From NCBI RefSeq assembly GCF_023055435.1, contig NW_025963891.1, forward strand, positions 21,948,001 to 22,012,000: a DNA stretch of 64,000 nucleotides, read 5' to 3'. The DNA comes from Haliotis rufescens. Lineage: Eukaryota. The stretch's first letter is position 1. Each line of letters begins with the position of its first letter. A model generated the notes under the pieces. The model did not search any database. It had not been told where the DNA came from and saw only the letters and a program-made list of their open reading frames with translations. Of the stretch, positions 52,301 to 60,708 are shown one piece after another. Both the position numbers and the translations under genes were made by a program.

Positions 52301-54557
52301 ATTGCTTAACTGTCCGATGATAACAAAAAGTGTTTGATTCACATTCAAATCCATCTTTGAATGCATAAAGCATCGGTTACAAACATAACCCTCAGAAGCT
52401 GACACTAACTAGGCATGTATATCCAAACGTATCTGCCATAATAGGCATTTAAACCTGACATGCATGAAATTTACAATCGTTAATAGCAACTATACTGCCA
52501 ATATCGTGCCTATCAAGCAGACAATATGAGATATGGATAAAGCAGATGGGGAGACCCACGAAGATATAAATTCAAGGGTTTGTTCTACTGGAGCTCATGC
52601 AGAGAATCAGTGGATTTTGACAGACTGTGGGAATTGCCCATGCCCTTGTAAACCAAAGATGCAGAAAATTGGACTGTCGATTACAAATAGATGGAGATGA
52701 GGCCTTGTTTTGATTCAGTTGATTTTATGAATGACTGCCATGGATCCTTAGTTCCCAGCTGAGCTGCTTCAGACTAGATGTAGATATCAACTTTCATGTG
52801 ACACTCCACAACCATGTCCTCCCCTCTTCTGTCACAAGACTTACCCCATGAATGAAACGTATACTTGGGGACACAATGACAAAAGGGTATGGGAGATGTT
52901 CCCTTTATTCTGTTTATCAATGAACACGAAGTATTTCATGTCAATGGATCCTACATACTTATATCAGTGGATGTGAGGCACTCGGTAACAATGGACTTGG
53001 AGCTAAAGCTAGACTTGACAAAATAGCCTGACGCTCCTTGTATAAGCTTAATTACTGGGAAGGGAAGGTGCATTACAGTCAAATCTATTTGGCTGGCTAG
53101 TTACAACACAAATGAGTGGAAGTTCCACCCATCTAAGGGTCAGGCCTCCTTAAATGCATCAGCCTAAAGACTCAGACACCGTCATCCATCTGGGAGCACT
53201 TCAAGTCAGCTTCTAAAGCAGAATTTGCCTTAGCCTTGCATGATACGGTCAAAAACAGTACTATGATAGTGTAAATTATAATTGACATTGGTTTAGCTGA
53301 CAACACTTTCCCTGTCTGAAAACTCCAACTGTGATCATCTTATACATTCTGGAAGAAGCTGATTGCCTGTCTAATGGAGGACAGATTGCCGAGTTAACAG
53401 TGACCACTTATTGGGCAGTCTAGACCAAGACTGCACCTACACAACGGTCAATCTTCCAATAGTCTAAACCAGTCTCTGCAACAGCTTCATCCACCCAAGC
53501 TCCCATGTAACACCTTTTACTCCAACCTCTTTATTCAGACCTTTGTTTTACATTTGTAGGAAAACACAATAACAATGCACAGGCCACAATCTGACCAACC
53601 ATCTTAGATAGTAGCTAATATGTGACAGGCAGCCATTCTCAAACCATGTTAGAAAGTGGCTTTTGTCTAATATAATCCCAACCAGACTCTCTAATCTGAA
53701 GAATGATGTGCTGCTGAGTTGCCACCTACTAATTATAAAAGTGGCAGTGCTCTAGGAAATGTCACTAGTCTCAGACATGCAGGCTTTTGTTAATTTTGAA
53801 ACCTGTCAAACCATAAGTCTCGAGAGTAAAATTATCCATAGGACTTGTGAAAATTACTAAAATAAGAAACTTTCCTGTACACATCATGAGGTCTACAGTG
53901 ACAAAAATGAGTTACTTTCTACTGCTGTACCATCATTTTTGTCTGTTGATCTTATTATCGCTCTGGTTTCTAACTCTACGGTTGACGGGATGAGGTGACG
54001 AGACTTCTGTCTGTCCCTTGAGATGCACCAACAAATGCACTAAACGTGTTACACACTGAATGCAATGTCACACAATTACACTATCTTACCAAGAGAATTG
54101 ACAAACCAAGTTTGGACAAATTGTGGCCATGATGACAGAGCATAATGGGAGCAAATTCAATGACACAATTACATTAGTTATCAAGAGAAACTCCAGATCT
54201 AATGAATATCCTGTGTAGAAAAAAATGAATTTGATATTGCGGACAGGTTTGATATTTCTTCAAAAGTGTCAAGAGCCTGTGTGTCCACATTTCCCCAGAC
54301 ATCATTTCATGGGCCTTGAATGCAGTGAATCAAGCAATATGAGGGCTGATATTGACATCACTTTGGCTGATATGTACATCCAATTTTCCCTGCTGGACGG
54401 CTTCAAATACAAGCAATTTATCCCTATCTGGAGACAATTTGTCTGTTCAGAAAGCCTAGAGCTTCCTCTTTAGCAAGCTCATGAATAACCATGATGTTTA
54501 CTCACCCATCGCCATCTTGGAAGTTTACGTTGAACTTTTTATTATTTCCAATAAGCT
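7267..54557 (-). CDS. CASKIN: Caskin-like ankyrin/SH3/SAM scaffold gene, partial: six spliced exons covering the N-terminal ankyrin repeats; gene probably extends past both window ends
   Basis: Joined exons read [211 protein letters not shown]. All junctions are GT-AG with matching phases (1,2,1,0,0,2,0). NVNFQD, SALH, DNKGMxPLHYAxWQG, [12 protein letters not shown] and LHEAALxGK match the Caskin ankyrin region as I recall it. Confidence 0.93.
7414..7575 (-). mobile_element. SINE family A
   Basis: Reverse-complement match to the 4769 copy; 13-bp TSD AAAACT(T/C)GTAAGA at 7401 and 7576. Confidence 0.9.
7931..8092 (-). mobile_element. SINE family A, diverged
   Basis: Full-length diverged match to the other A copies. 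Confidence 0.85.
8177..8343 (-). mobile_element. SINE family A
   Basis: Full-length; TSD AATGAAAACT(A/G)TA at 8164 and 8345. Confidence 0.9.
8902..9314. mobile_element. hAT-type MITE
   Basis: TIRs TAGGCCTGGGACGGGT / ACTCATCCCAGCCCTA; perfect 8-bp TSD CAGGACAG (8894, 9315); subterminal GGGTACCC-type repeats at both ends. Confidence 0.88.
10278..10381 (-). mobile_element. SINE family A, 3' fragment
   Basis: (GAGT)n tail, GCTTTTAGCAATATTCC and TGGGCTTCAGACATTGTA. Confidence 0.75.
11883..12013 (-). CDS. CASKIN: Caskin exon, 131 nt ([11 protein letters not shown]...[12 protein letters not shown]), phase 0 to 2
   Basis: Acceptor gtgttgttgcag, donor AC|gtacgt; HLAARNGH ankyrin motif. Confidence 0.95.
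12290..12413 (+). mobile_element. 3' end of a 5'-truncated LINE-type element with an (ATTCTTG)n tail (similar tail at about 48900-48953)
   Basis: Short stem-loop, AATAAA-like signal and ATTCTTGATTCTTGATTCTT tail at both loci. Confidence 0.55.
12517..12735 (-). mobile_element. SINE-like family B (GGTCCCCA subfamily)
   Basis: TCTGGACCAGACAATCCAGTGATTGACATCATGAGCAT core; head reads AAGAATATAGGTCCCCAGCAACC on the minus strand. Confidence 0.85.
13191..13475 (+). mobile_element. SINE-like family B, full length, with a roughly 31-bp duplication in the head
   Basis: GACCCATGGAGGTTTGGGTT..GTCGTAAGAGGCGACTAACGG..GCTGAGTGCGGCGTTAAACAACAAAC. Confidence 0.9.
15304..15560. repeat. Diverged two-copy tandem duplication (about 140 bp)
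   Basis: ATCTTGCTTG..GAAATCTAAATAGCT..GGCATTGACCTGC..GGGCCACCA.TGCAGGTAGAC occurs twice. Confidence 0.85.
17847..17942 (-). CDS. CASKIN: Caskin exon, 96 nt ([32 protein letters not shown]), phase 0 to 0
   Basis: Acceptor cttgccttgcag, donor CGG|gtacgt; [12 protein letters not shown] motif. Confidence 0.95.
18741..18878 (+). mobile_element. SINE family A, degenerate
   Basis: GGGTAGCCTAGTGG..GGGTTTGATTCCCCACATGGGT..CCATACTCACTCAC. Confidence 0.75.
19470..19677 (-). mobile_element. SINE family C, internally deleted
   Basis: 13-bp TSD CGCAGACAGTGAG at 19457 and 19678; (CACCT)n tail. Confidence 0.9.
20655..20836 (-). mobile_element. SINE family C, 5' part
   Basis: tRNA-like head and Meta-like domain, starting about 57 nt from the donor of exon 20894. 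Confidence 0.85.
20894..21039 (-). CDS. CASKIN: Caskin exon, 146 nt ([12 protein letters not shown]...ACQHGHVDV), phase 1 to 0
   Basis: Acceptor gtgttgatag, donor GTG|gtgagt; ankyrin motifs inside ORF 20837..21064. Confidence 0.95.
21153..21563. mobile_element. MITE with roughly 55-bp imperfect terminal inverted repeats
   Basis: TATCTTTCTGAGGCAAGGGAGTTAAGTGACAAAAATCCAGTTTCCACCCTTG pairs with CAAGGGTGGAAACAGGATTTTTATAGTCAGTTAACTCCCTTGCCTAGGGAAGATA; no clear TSD. Confidence 0.75.
23486..23583 (-). CDS. CASKIN: Caskin exon, 98 nt ([33 protein letters not shown]), phase 2 to 1
   Basis: Acceptor tctgtctttgcag, donor AAG|gtaaaa; ankyrin repeat inside ORF 23451..23678. Confidence 0.95.
23874..24151 (+). 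mobile_element. SINE family D (tRNA-Leu-like head, V-SINE-like 3' half)
   Basis: TGGCCCAGTCGTCTAAGGCG..GTGGGTTCGAATCCC; GTGGGTTTC..GCTTTCCTCCC..GATATAACTGGAATACTGTTAAAAGCGGCATTAAACC(ACTC)n; 13-bp TSD CCATATATGTACA at 23861 and 24152. V-domain assignment is from recall. Confidence 0.92.
24362..24567 (-). mobile_element. SINE-like family B, young, 5'-truncated
   Basis: 13-bp TSD AAACTT(G/T)GTATAG at 24349 and 24568; (AACC)n tail. Confidence 0.92.
24747..24968 (-). mobile_element. SINE-like family B
   Basis: Matches the family core; 5' end at GGTCTTCAGTGACCATGCTTGTC on the minus strand. Confidence 0.85.
26260..26424 (+). mobile_element. SINE family A, diverged
   Basis: GGTTAAAGCATTCGCTC..GGTACAATGTGTGAAGCCCATTTCTGGTG..CTGGAATATTGCTAAAA. 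Confidence 0.85.
27780..28265. mobile_element. Second palindrome-bearing DNA element (possibly Crypton-like)
   Basis: Palindrome ATGCATCCCTCGTTAGGTTTTACACCG..TGGTATAAAACCTAACATGGGAGGCAT at about 28156-28224; CTGATTGGTC motif; boundaries approximate. Confidence 0.45.
28410..28478. repeat. Near-perfect 69-bp foldback hairpin
   Basis: ATAAGGAAGATAATTTATGGATGTCAACT, 11-nt loop, AGTTGACATCCATAAATTCTCTTCCTTAT (one mismatch); one arm plus part of the loop recurs near 35573. Confidence 0.9.
29785..30870. repeat. 25-bp minisatellite (about 38 clear units, degenerate edges) with two mostly alternating variants
   Basis: GACATTGATAGTATGAACTGAACT(T/G) alternates with GACATTGAT(CG/AA/CA)GATAAACTGAACT(T/G). 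Confidence 0.97.
32902..33085 (+). mobile_element. TAG..CTA MITE with 9-bp TSD (AcademH- or Mutator-like)
   Basis: TAGACTAACATTTAGTCTCTGAAAT..GCAGGACTA; TSD TTACTGACA; nearly identical to the 37815 copy. Confidence 0.9.
35396..35550 (-). mobile_element. SINE family A with a small internal deletion
   Basis: 14-bp TSD ACA(C/T)ATTATTTCTA at 35382 and 35551. Confidence 0.9.
37509..37738 (-). mobile_element. SINE-like family B, full length (TGGGGAT/GGTCCCA subfamily)
   Basis: Minus-strand head GACCCGTGGGGATTCTGGGTAAGAATATAGGTCCCAGC; tail GCTGAGTTCAGTGTTAAACAACAAACC. Confidence 0.88.
37815..38003 (+). mobile_element. TAG..CTA MITE with 9-bp TSD
   Basis: Same termini; TSD GGTAACCAT at 37806 and 38004. 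Confidence 0.9.
39020..41065. repeat. 44-bp minisatellite (about 46 units)
   Basis: Unit TACTCCCATCAACAACAAATGTTCTGGTCTAAGCTAGATAGATG; degenerate units near 41280-41400. Confidence 0.98.
42680..42896 (-). mobile_element. Young family B copy nested in an older family B copy (old body about 42500-42679)
   Basis: 13-bp TSD GATCCCATTTAGT at 42667 and 42897; both flanks continue the older element. Confidence 0.9.
42916..43590. repeat. 45-bp minisatellite (about 15 units) derived from the family B head
   Basis: Unit AGCAATGGGTGCAGCATTGAGACCTACTCTAACCTGGGTCACCTC; the reverse complement aligns to GGGTTAGAATAGGTCCCCAGCAACCCATGCT. Confidence 0.95.
45164..45193 (-). CDS. Candidate 30-nt in-frame cassette microexon of Caskin (adds [10 protein letters not shown])
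   Basis: ttattccatttcctttttcttccttactcag|GATCTACTATAATATTTTAGACAAATTCAG|gtgagc; phase 2-2 matches the host intron; no stop codon. Confidence 0.5.
46100..46620. repeat. CA-rich degenerate low-complexity tract
   Basis: Repeated ACACAG/GCATAC words ending in (CACG)n. Confidence 0.6.
47003..47325 (-). mobile_element. SINE family C, near full length
   Basis: TSD TTTTGTTAAA at 46993 and 47329; head GACCGCCTCCGTGGTCTAGTGGTAGAG; (CACCT)n tail. Confidence 0.9.
48124..48388 (-). mobile_element. SINE family C, head missing
   Basis: Body and tail match the 47003 copy. Confidence 0.85.
54506..54557 (-). CDS. CASKIN: Caskin exon, 52 nt ([18 protein letters not shown]), phase 1 to 2
   Basis: Acceptor ctttttctctttttcag, donor GG|gtgagt; too short for the ORF track; in frame with the next exon 30.9 kb away. 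Confidence 0.9.
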
Positions 54558-54870
54558 CTGAAAAAGAGAAAAAGAAAACTGTAAATTATTGATAGCTAAT
54601 CAATTTGAAACTGAGTAATGCAATTAACAAGTGTCAGTTTCCATCAGAAACAGAATACGCAATGAATGCAATCTGTTAACAAACTTTAAATGAATGACAC
54701 CAGTCATACATTTGCTGAAATGTAAATTAAACATAAAACAATCACCAGAAAATCTCTAATTTTCAACATGTCAACCTAAGTATTAATCAGTTGTTTGAGA
54801 AATGCAATCTTTGTTGTTAACATGGTAATGATGTTTGCACACTTTCATACCTTCCACAATTCCCAAAATG

Positions 54871-55265
54871 GCTATGTTATAAGGGTAATGCTATTTTTCA
54901 GGGCACTATGATTTGCAGAAGCCTGAGGTCTTCCAAACCGAGGGCTTCTGCAAATGATAATACCCTGAAAATTAGCATTACCGTTATTATAGCTGAAATT
55001 AGTTAACAAATAAAAGAAACAGCAATATCGGTTTTGAAACATTTACTGCAATCAACACGAATGTCACTGACCCATTTTTACAAATATGGAAACGTCATAG
55101 AACAAACCAGATGACGTCACTATTCAAAATGACGTCACCTAACAATGGACGTGATAATGGCCCGTCGGCAAGCAATATGAGGGCATTATCAAGTTACAGT
55201 GGCCCACTCATTTTTGATAACATGCGGGCAGGTTGATGATAATTCAATCCATTTTAGCTTTAATT
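54871..55265. mobile_element. Non-autonomous DNA element with a 120-bp terminal palindrome (possibly Crypton-like), carrying two TGACGTCA sites
   Basis: Arms of 54871-54993 pair over about 55 bp; TGACGTCA at 55112 and 55130. Family assignment is inference. Confidence 0.55.
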
Positions 55266-55294
55266 AAGAATAAATGACACTATAACAAGTCTGA

Positions 55295-55562
55295 GGGAGC
55301 ATGGGTGGCCCAGTTGTTTAAGGCAATGCAATTTGCTGTGCAGAGTTTCATTCCTTGGTCACGCCAGAAACCTCTGATTGTGGGTTCAAATCCCAATTCG
55401 CCCTGATTACGTTTCTAGGTATGTTAGCACCATACCCGTGCTAGTGGGTTTCACCAAAGTGGTAAACGCCTGAGGCCTGCATCACTTCAGGCTTTCCTCC
55501 AACATTAAGATGACACAATATTGCTTGAGTACTATTCAAAACGGTGTTAAAGTCAACTCAAA
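55295..55562 (+). mobile_element. SINE family D, diverged
   Basis: Colinear with the 23874 copy. Confidence 0.88.
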
Positions 55563-56044
55563 CTAATCATGATACAGTAGTGTAATGCCCAACTCTTAAC
55601 AAATGTTACTGGTAAGAATTATGATGTAATAGTTGAAATGTGATTAAGAAACTTAACATGAAACCAGTGTTGGTGCTCCAACTTCAATTGGTCAATCCTA
55701 ATCAATGTTTGATTGGTCGTCGTGCTGGTGCAAAGATTGACTGTAAGTGTCCATGTTGTGTCTAACAATTCTGGATTTTCAAAAGAGTATTCCTCAACAT
55801 TCATTTCAGTGTTCTTCCAGTGTTGGGAAGAGGGTCTGGCATATTTTTAAAAAAAATAATCTGTTCCAGAAAATAGTGTGGAACATATAATTCTGTGTCA
55901 GTTTTCACAGAAAGAAAGACAATTGTTCACTTGATGAACTGGGAAACACGTGTTGGGTAGAGGTAAAATTCTTCTCCTTCAGGATGTCTCCTGGCTTTGT
56001 GTTCACTTCACAACTCTAAATGTCACTAATCGGGAGTGTATCAC

Positions 56045-56168
56045 GACATATCACGCACGCACACACACACGCACGCACGCACGGACGCATTCACACACAC
56101 GTGCATGCACATCGCTCTATAAGTGCAATAATCTTGGACGCGCTGTTACTCCCCATTTCACCTCACCT
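56045..56168 (+). mobile_element. SINE family C 3' fragment with a (CACG/CA)n microsatellite
   Basis: GCAATAATCTTGGACGCGCTGTT..ATTTCACCTCACCTC tail. Confidence 0.75.
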
Positions 56169-57689
56169 CTTAAGTTAATCGCTAAGATGAAGCAGTACAA
56201 TCAAGAGTCACAGACTACAAGTCGAATCATTAAAGATAGAGCGTTATATATATCAAACAATAAGCAAATTAATTCCCATTTTAAAACAGGTGGCGACTTG
56301 TGTGATGTAATAGCATGCAAATTTGGAAAATATTGTTACTTAAATTAACTACATTAATAGTTATTTATTTATTTTTTTATTCCCCTTTGGAAATTTTTAA
56401 TGACATTTGGTGCAGACTTGGGCCGAATATCCGCCTCTGATCAAGTGTCGATAAATCCCTACTACAGCTCCTATATGTCTTTTCCTCTTCAGTCATTTCC
56501 CATTGGCATTACGATCCCCCTCAACACATCCCTCTACCTTCATATGTTAAACTGTTGTTACCATCAAGCAACAGCGCTGATGCCACAACAACCCCTCAAC
56601 AACAAAAACAGTGCAACATGAGGAAAACTGTCATTAAAAAATGCTTCCTTACGTAAACTGAATTTGTTAAATTTCCAAATCAATTACTCCATTTACATCG
56701 CCCCTCTCTCCAAGGTCCTCACAACCAAACAAATCAAATTGGGACAAATGTTTCCGATATTATCAAACCCTTAAATTATCTGCACAATAGTGGAAGAGTG
56801 CCTACAAGCGTCTGAGGCTGTAGTATAGCCAGCCAACTGGCCGGAAGGCTGGAAGACAGATCTGAGGCCATGTTTGCAGGCATATTTGTGAAGGATTTCA
56901 GGGACAAGATGACTGTTTGTTTACAGTCCTTCACAAGACCCCTGATGGAAACCATGTTCTCGAATTCTCCATCCCTGTCAAAGAAAGATATGCTCTCTCA
57001 GGACTCTTGTACTGTTGGTTTTTGTAAATGGTGTCTGTTTACCCAAAGAAATCATATTCCTTTTCAAAAGCAAGCTTGTGTTTGCATTTTCATGCAGTTC
57101 TGAATTTTCGGGTTCAGAAGAAATAATGTTTATGTCATCAATAAATTGAATTTGTACATAATTCCAAAGCAATGTTTTTTTGGCATTTAACATTCCAATT
57201 TGAGGCATGAGCAGAAGGTTTTTTACAGGCTGTTTATCGGTGATATTGTGTCCACACATCACAACAACCTGTCATCGTGGCAACCATGTTTGAAATGTAT
57301 GGGATGGGGTGATGCTGCAGCCATGGGGGTTAATGCGTCGGCACATCAGGAGCCAGGGTGAGGCTTGGCACTCGCTATGCAGAGGTCCATGAAATCATTA
57401 TTCTCTAGGACACTGCATTAATACCTCGATTTTTAAAATAATTTCATTTCATAAAAGCCAAATGCTGATCGGATTCAACCTATCTAGACTTGCCATTTGT
57501 TTCATCTAGACTTGCCAGGAAAACCAGTTAGGAAACATGCAGATATTCCACCATTTGTACAATTCATATGGTCTCAGAGCAATATACATATAATGTACAT
57601 CTTTGTATATACCCATATATCATTGCCATCACCAATAACAAAGCGTACAGTTAAATTCATGTGAATATACATGTATTGTATTGTATTGT

Positions 57690-57951
57690 GACCCGTGAAG
57701 ATACGGCATAGAATAGGTCTTAAGCAACTCATGCTTGCCATAAAAGGCAACTATGCTTGTTTTAAGAGGCGACTAATGGGATTTGGTGGTCAGTCTCGCT
57801 GACTTGGTTTGATGCATGTCATCGATCCCAATTGTGTGGATCGATGCTTATGATGTCAATCACTGGATTGTCTGGTCCAGACTCAGTTATTTACAGACTG
57901 CTGTCATATAGCTGGATTACTGCTGAGTGCAGCGTTAAACAACAAACAACC
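57690..57951 (+). mobile_element. SINE-like family B, full length, inserted in a (TATTG)n microsatellite
   Basis: GACCCGTGAAGATACGGCATAGAATAGGTCTT..AAGAGGCGACTAATGGG..GCGTTAAACAACAAAC; TATTG repeats on both sides. Confidence 0.9.
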
Positions 57952-58782
57952 ACAAAATTGTATTATATTGTATTGTATTGTATTGCATGTATTGTACAAT
58001 GTAAGTTGTGTTCTGGTATACATCCTGTTAAGCTATGCTTGGGATACTGCTGAACCAGGAGTGAGTCACATGCTAGCCTGTAGGCAACAGGAAAGTGAAA
58101 ATTCATATGGACAACCTGTTCAATAGTCTCTGAAAATACATAATTTTGAAAACTTTAATTGAAAAAGGAGCCCCAGTGAGATGGGAGATTCGGGACCTGA
58201 AGAAAATCTAGACTTGCTTCATTTAGGACTTTTGCATTACAGAAAGGGCTGGGCAAAAGGAAAAACAAAACAGATCAGGGACTGTGAGACAGACAACCTG
58301 TTCAGATACAATTATATTTACACAAAGTATCCAACCCAAGGCCATGTAGTTCTCAAAAATAAGATTTTAACTTTCTGTAAAATCAAATCAAACACATCAC
58401 CGAGGCTGCCCATCTGATACATTTAGTCGCCTCTTATGTGAAAGATGTTACTGGGGACCAATTCGAAACCCGAATGTTCTTGGGTTGCAGCAAACAACTG
58501 AGTCAACATCTGTTTAGGTACAAAGTTGAAGGGTATAATACAGTATGCAGAAATGTGCAACTCCTATGAAAACACATATGCTGGTTGAAAACACAGATCA
58601 AAATACACCCTTAAGATCTGTTGTTCTCATCAACTTAACACTTAATACTCAGAACATTTGGATAGATCAGTGTTGGAAAATAAGGATGAAAACCAAGTGC
58701 CTTGCCATATAAACCAAAACGGATTTCAGGAGTGCTCAGACTACAAAATGTGCTAAAATCCTCACTGACCCCAAATGTGTCT

Positions 58783-58975
58783 GCTTGTACTAGTCCAGCC
58801 ACAGTTTAACATGGATACCTCACTTAGACATAGTATACTGACTCCAACCAGTCCTTGTTTTTTCCATTAATGCTGAGTGCCAGGCAGGGTAAAAACAAGT
58901 ACCATCTTTAACATCTTTCATATGAGGGGTGTAGGTATTAAACAACTGACCTTCTGCTCACTCGGCAGAAACACT
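58783..58975 (-). mobile_element. SINE family C, diverged
   Basis: CAGTTTAACATGGATACC..GCTGAGTGCCAGGCAGGGT..AAGTACCATC. Confidence 0.8.
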
Positions 58976-59064
58976 ACTAATGACAATACCAGTGCTCGAA
59001 ATTAACCATAAAAATCAAGGGATCCTTTTCATAACCCTAATATAAGAAGATGTATGGGCCCCAG

Positions 59065-59277
59065 TAGTCTGTCTTACAGACCCTGATACAAATATATATA
59101 AAATACAGCCCATGCAAGTCTATAAGTATAACATTTGGCAAGTCTAGATTACTGCAGTATCAGTATCTGAAAATGAAGAGAGTCACTGGGCTCCCTTTTA
59201 TTATATTTTTATAAAGATAACTGAACAACTGTTTTTTCTGTACGATATGTTCATTTCAGAGACTAGATGATAGTCTA
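59065..59277 (-). mobile_element. TAG..CTA MITE, related subfamily, 9-bp TSD
   Basis: TSD GGGCCCCAG at 59056 and 59278. Relatives at about 26944-27146 (+), 58124-58296 (TSD CCTGTTCA(A/G)), and degenerate pieces near 41090-41215 and 48397-48590. Confidence 0.88.
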
Positions 59278-59958
59278 GGGCCCCAGGCCAAGACCCCCAG
59301 GCCCCCCTCCTCCCCTTGTTTCAGACACAGATGATCCATCACCTAAAATACTGTTGAAAGATTTGTAGATTTTATGGAGTTATTATGGCCAAACGATGGG
59401 ATTTATGGATATGATGTAATAGAGGAATTATGTATGTCTTTATCAAGTTTACACAATTACAGTCAATTTCTCATTCAAAAGCGTGTGAAAGTTGTTGTTC
59501 ACAGTAACTTTATTTCAACAAGAACTTTTGGCCTGAGTGTTGGAGCTTCTGGCAACTGACCAGAATGTCTGGCTGAGACTGATATTTAATGGCGGCACAA
59601 TTAAGCAGTAAGCTCATGAACATCCCATTGTTGCCAATCACTGTCACACGAGTAACAGTTTCAAAAACAGCTGATGCAATCAAGGCAACATTCTCATAAG
59701 AGTGAGTTCAGGTAGCCATTGTTTCTAGCATGTTTTGTAATTAATGAACATGAGACTGAACAAGAGGATATGGACCACATCTTAACCATAACAAGACAAC
59801 AAGATGGATCCATGTCAGCTTTCTAATTACATCAAATGAAGATGAATAATCCATAGGACAACTGAAGGGATAAACAGTTTTCACCAAAATTACTGGTACA
59901 CAGAGCCAGTGTGGCCAGTATCTAAACCCATCCAGACGTCTTTCTTATGGCCTTGCCA

Positions 59959-60238
59959 GTGAGTGAGTGAGTTGGGTTTAATGTCACTTTTAACATTATT
60001 CCAGTTATATCACGGCGTGTCAGCTTAATGTCGGAGGAAAGCCCGAAGTGATGCAGGTCTCAGACATTTACCACTTCGGTGAAACCAGCGAGCACGGGTA
60101 TGGTGCTGACAAGCCTAGAAACATAATCGGGGTGAACCGGGATTCGCACCCACAATCATAGGTTTCTGGCGTGTCCAGGGGATGCAACTCTGCACAGCGA
60201 ATCACGGCGCCTTAGACGACTGGGCCACCCGTGCCCCC
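59959..60238 (-). mobile_element. SINE family D
   Basis: 14-bp TSD TTATGGCCT(T/A)GCCA at 59945 and 60239. Confidence 0.92.
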
Positions 60239-60708
60239 TTATGGCCTAGCCAATGTACACTGAGGCTGTTCCATTGCCAATGCTAATGAAACATTTAGTA
60301 GTTCTTCCTCAATCACTCAGCAAAGTGAGTGTGTACTGTTTCATGCCACAGTTTGAAATAGTCCAGCCATTTGAATGTGTTGGGACACCAAAAACGTGCT
60401 TCACTCCTTGTACATTGAACACAAGGTTTTGGCGTGACAAGCCAACACTTGGACCAATGAAAATCTCTCATGTTATCTTACTTCCACACAAGCAGAGTGT
60501 CAGTATTAGAGTACATATTCTGCAGAGGTCAGTCAAAGGTGCATCTTCCTCAATGTCATATCAAGTTGCTGAAGAAACAGTTCAAAAGGTTTCACTGCAT
60601 ATGTAATGGCAAAATGAGTGTTCACGTCACTCTGGTACCCCATAATCAGCCTTTCAAATCCATGCTAGTTTGTTAGCCTGAGACTAGTAAATTGTGTCAA
60701 GGGCAAGT

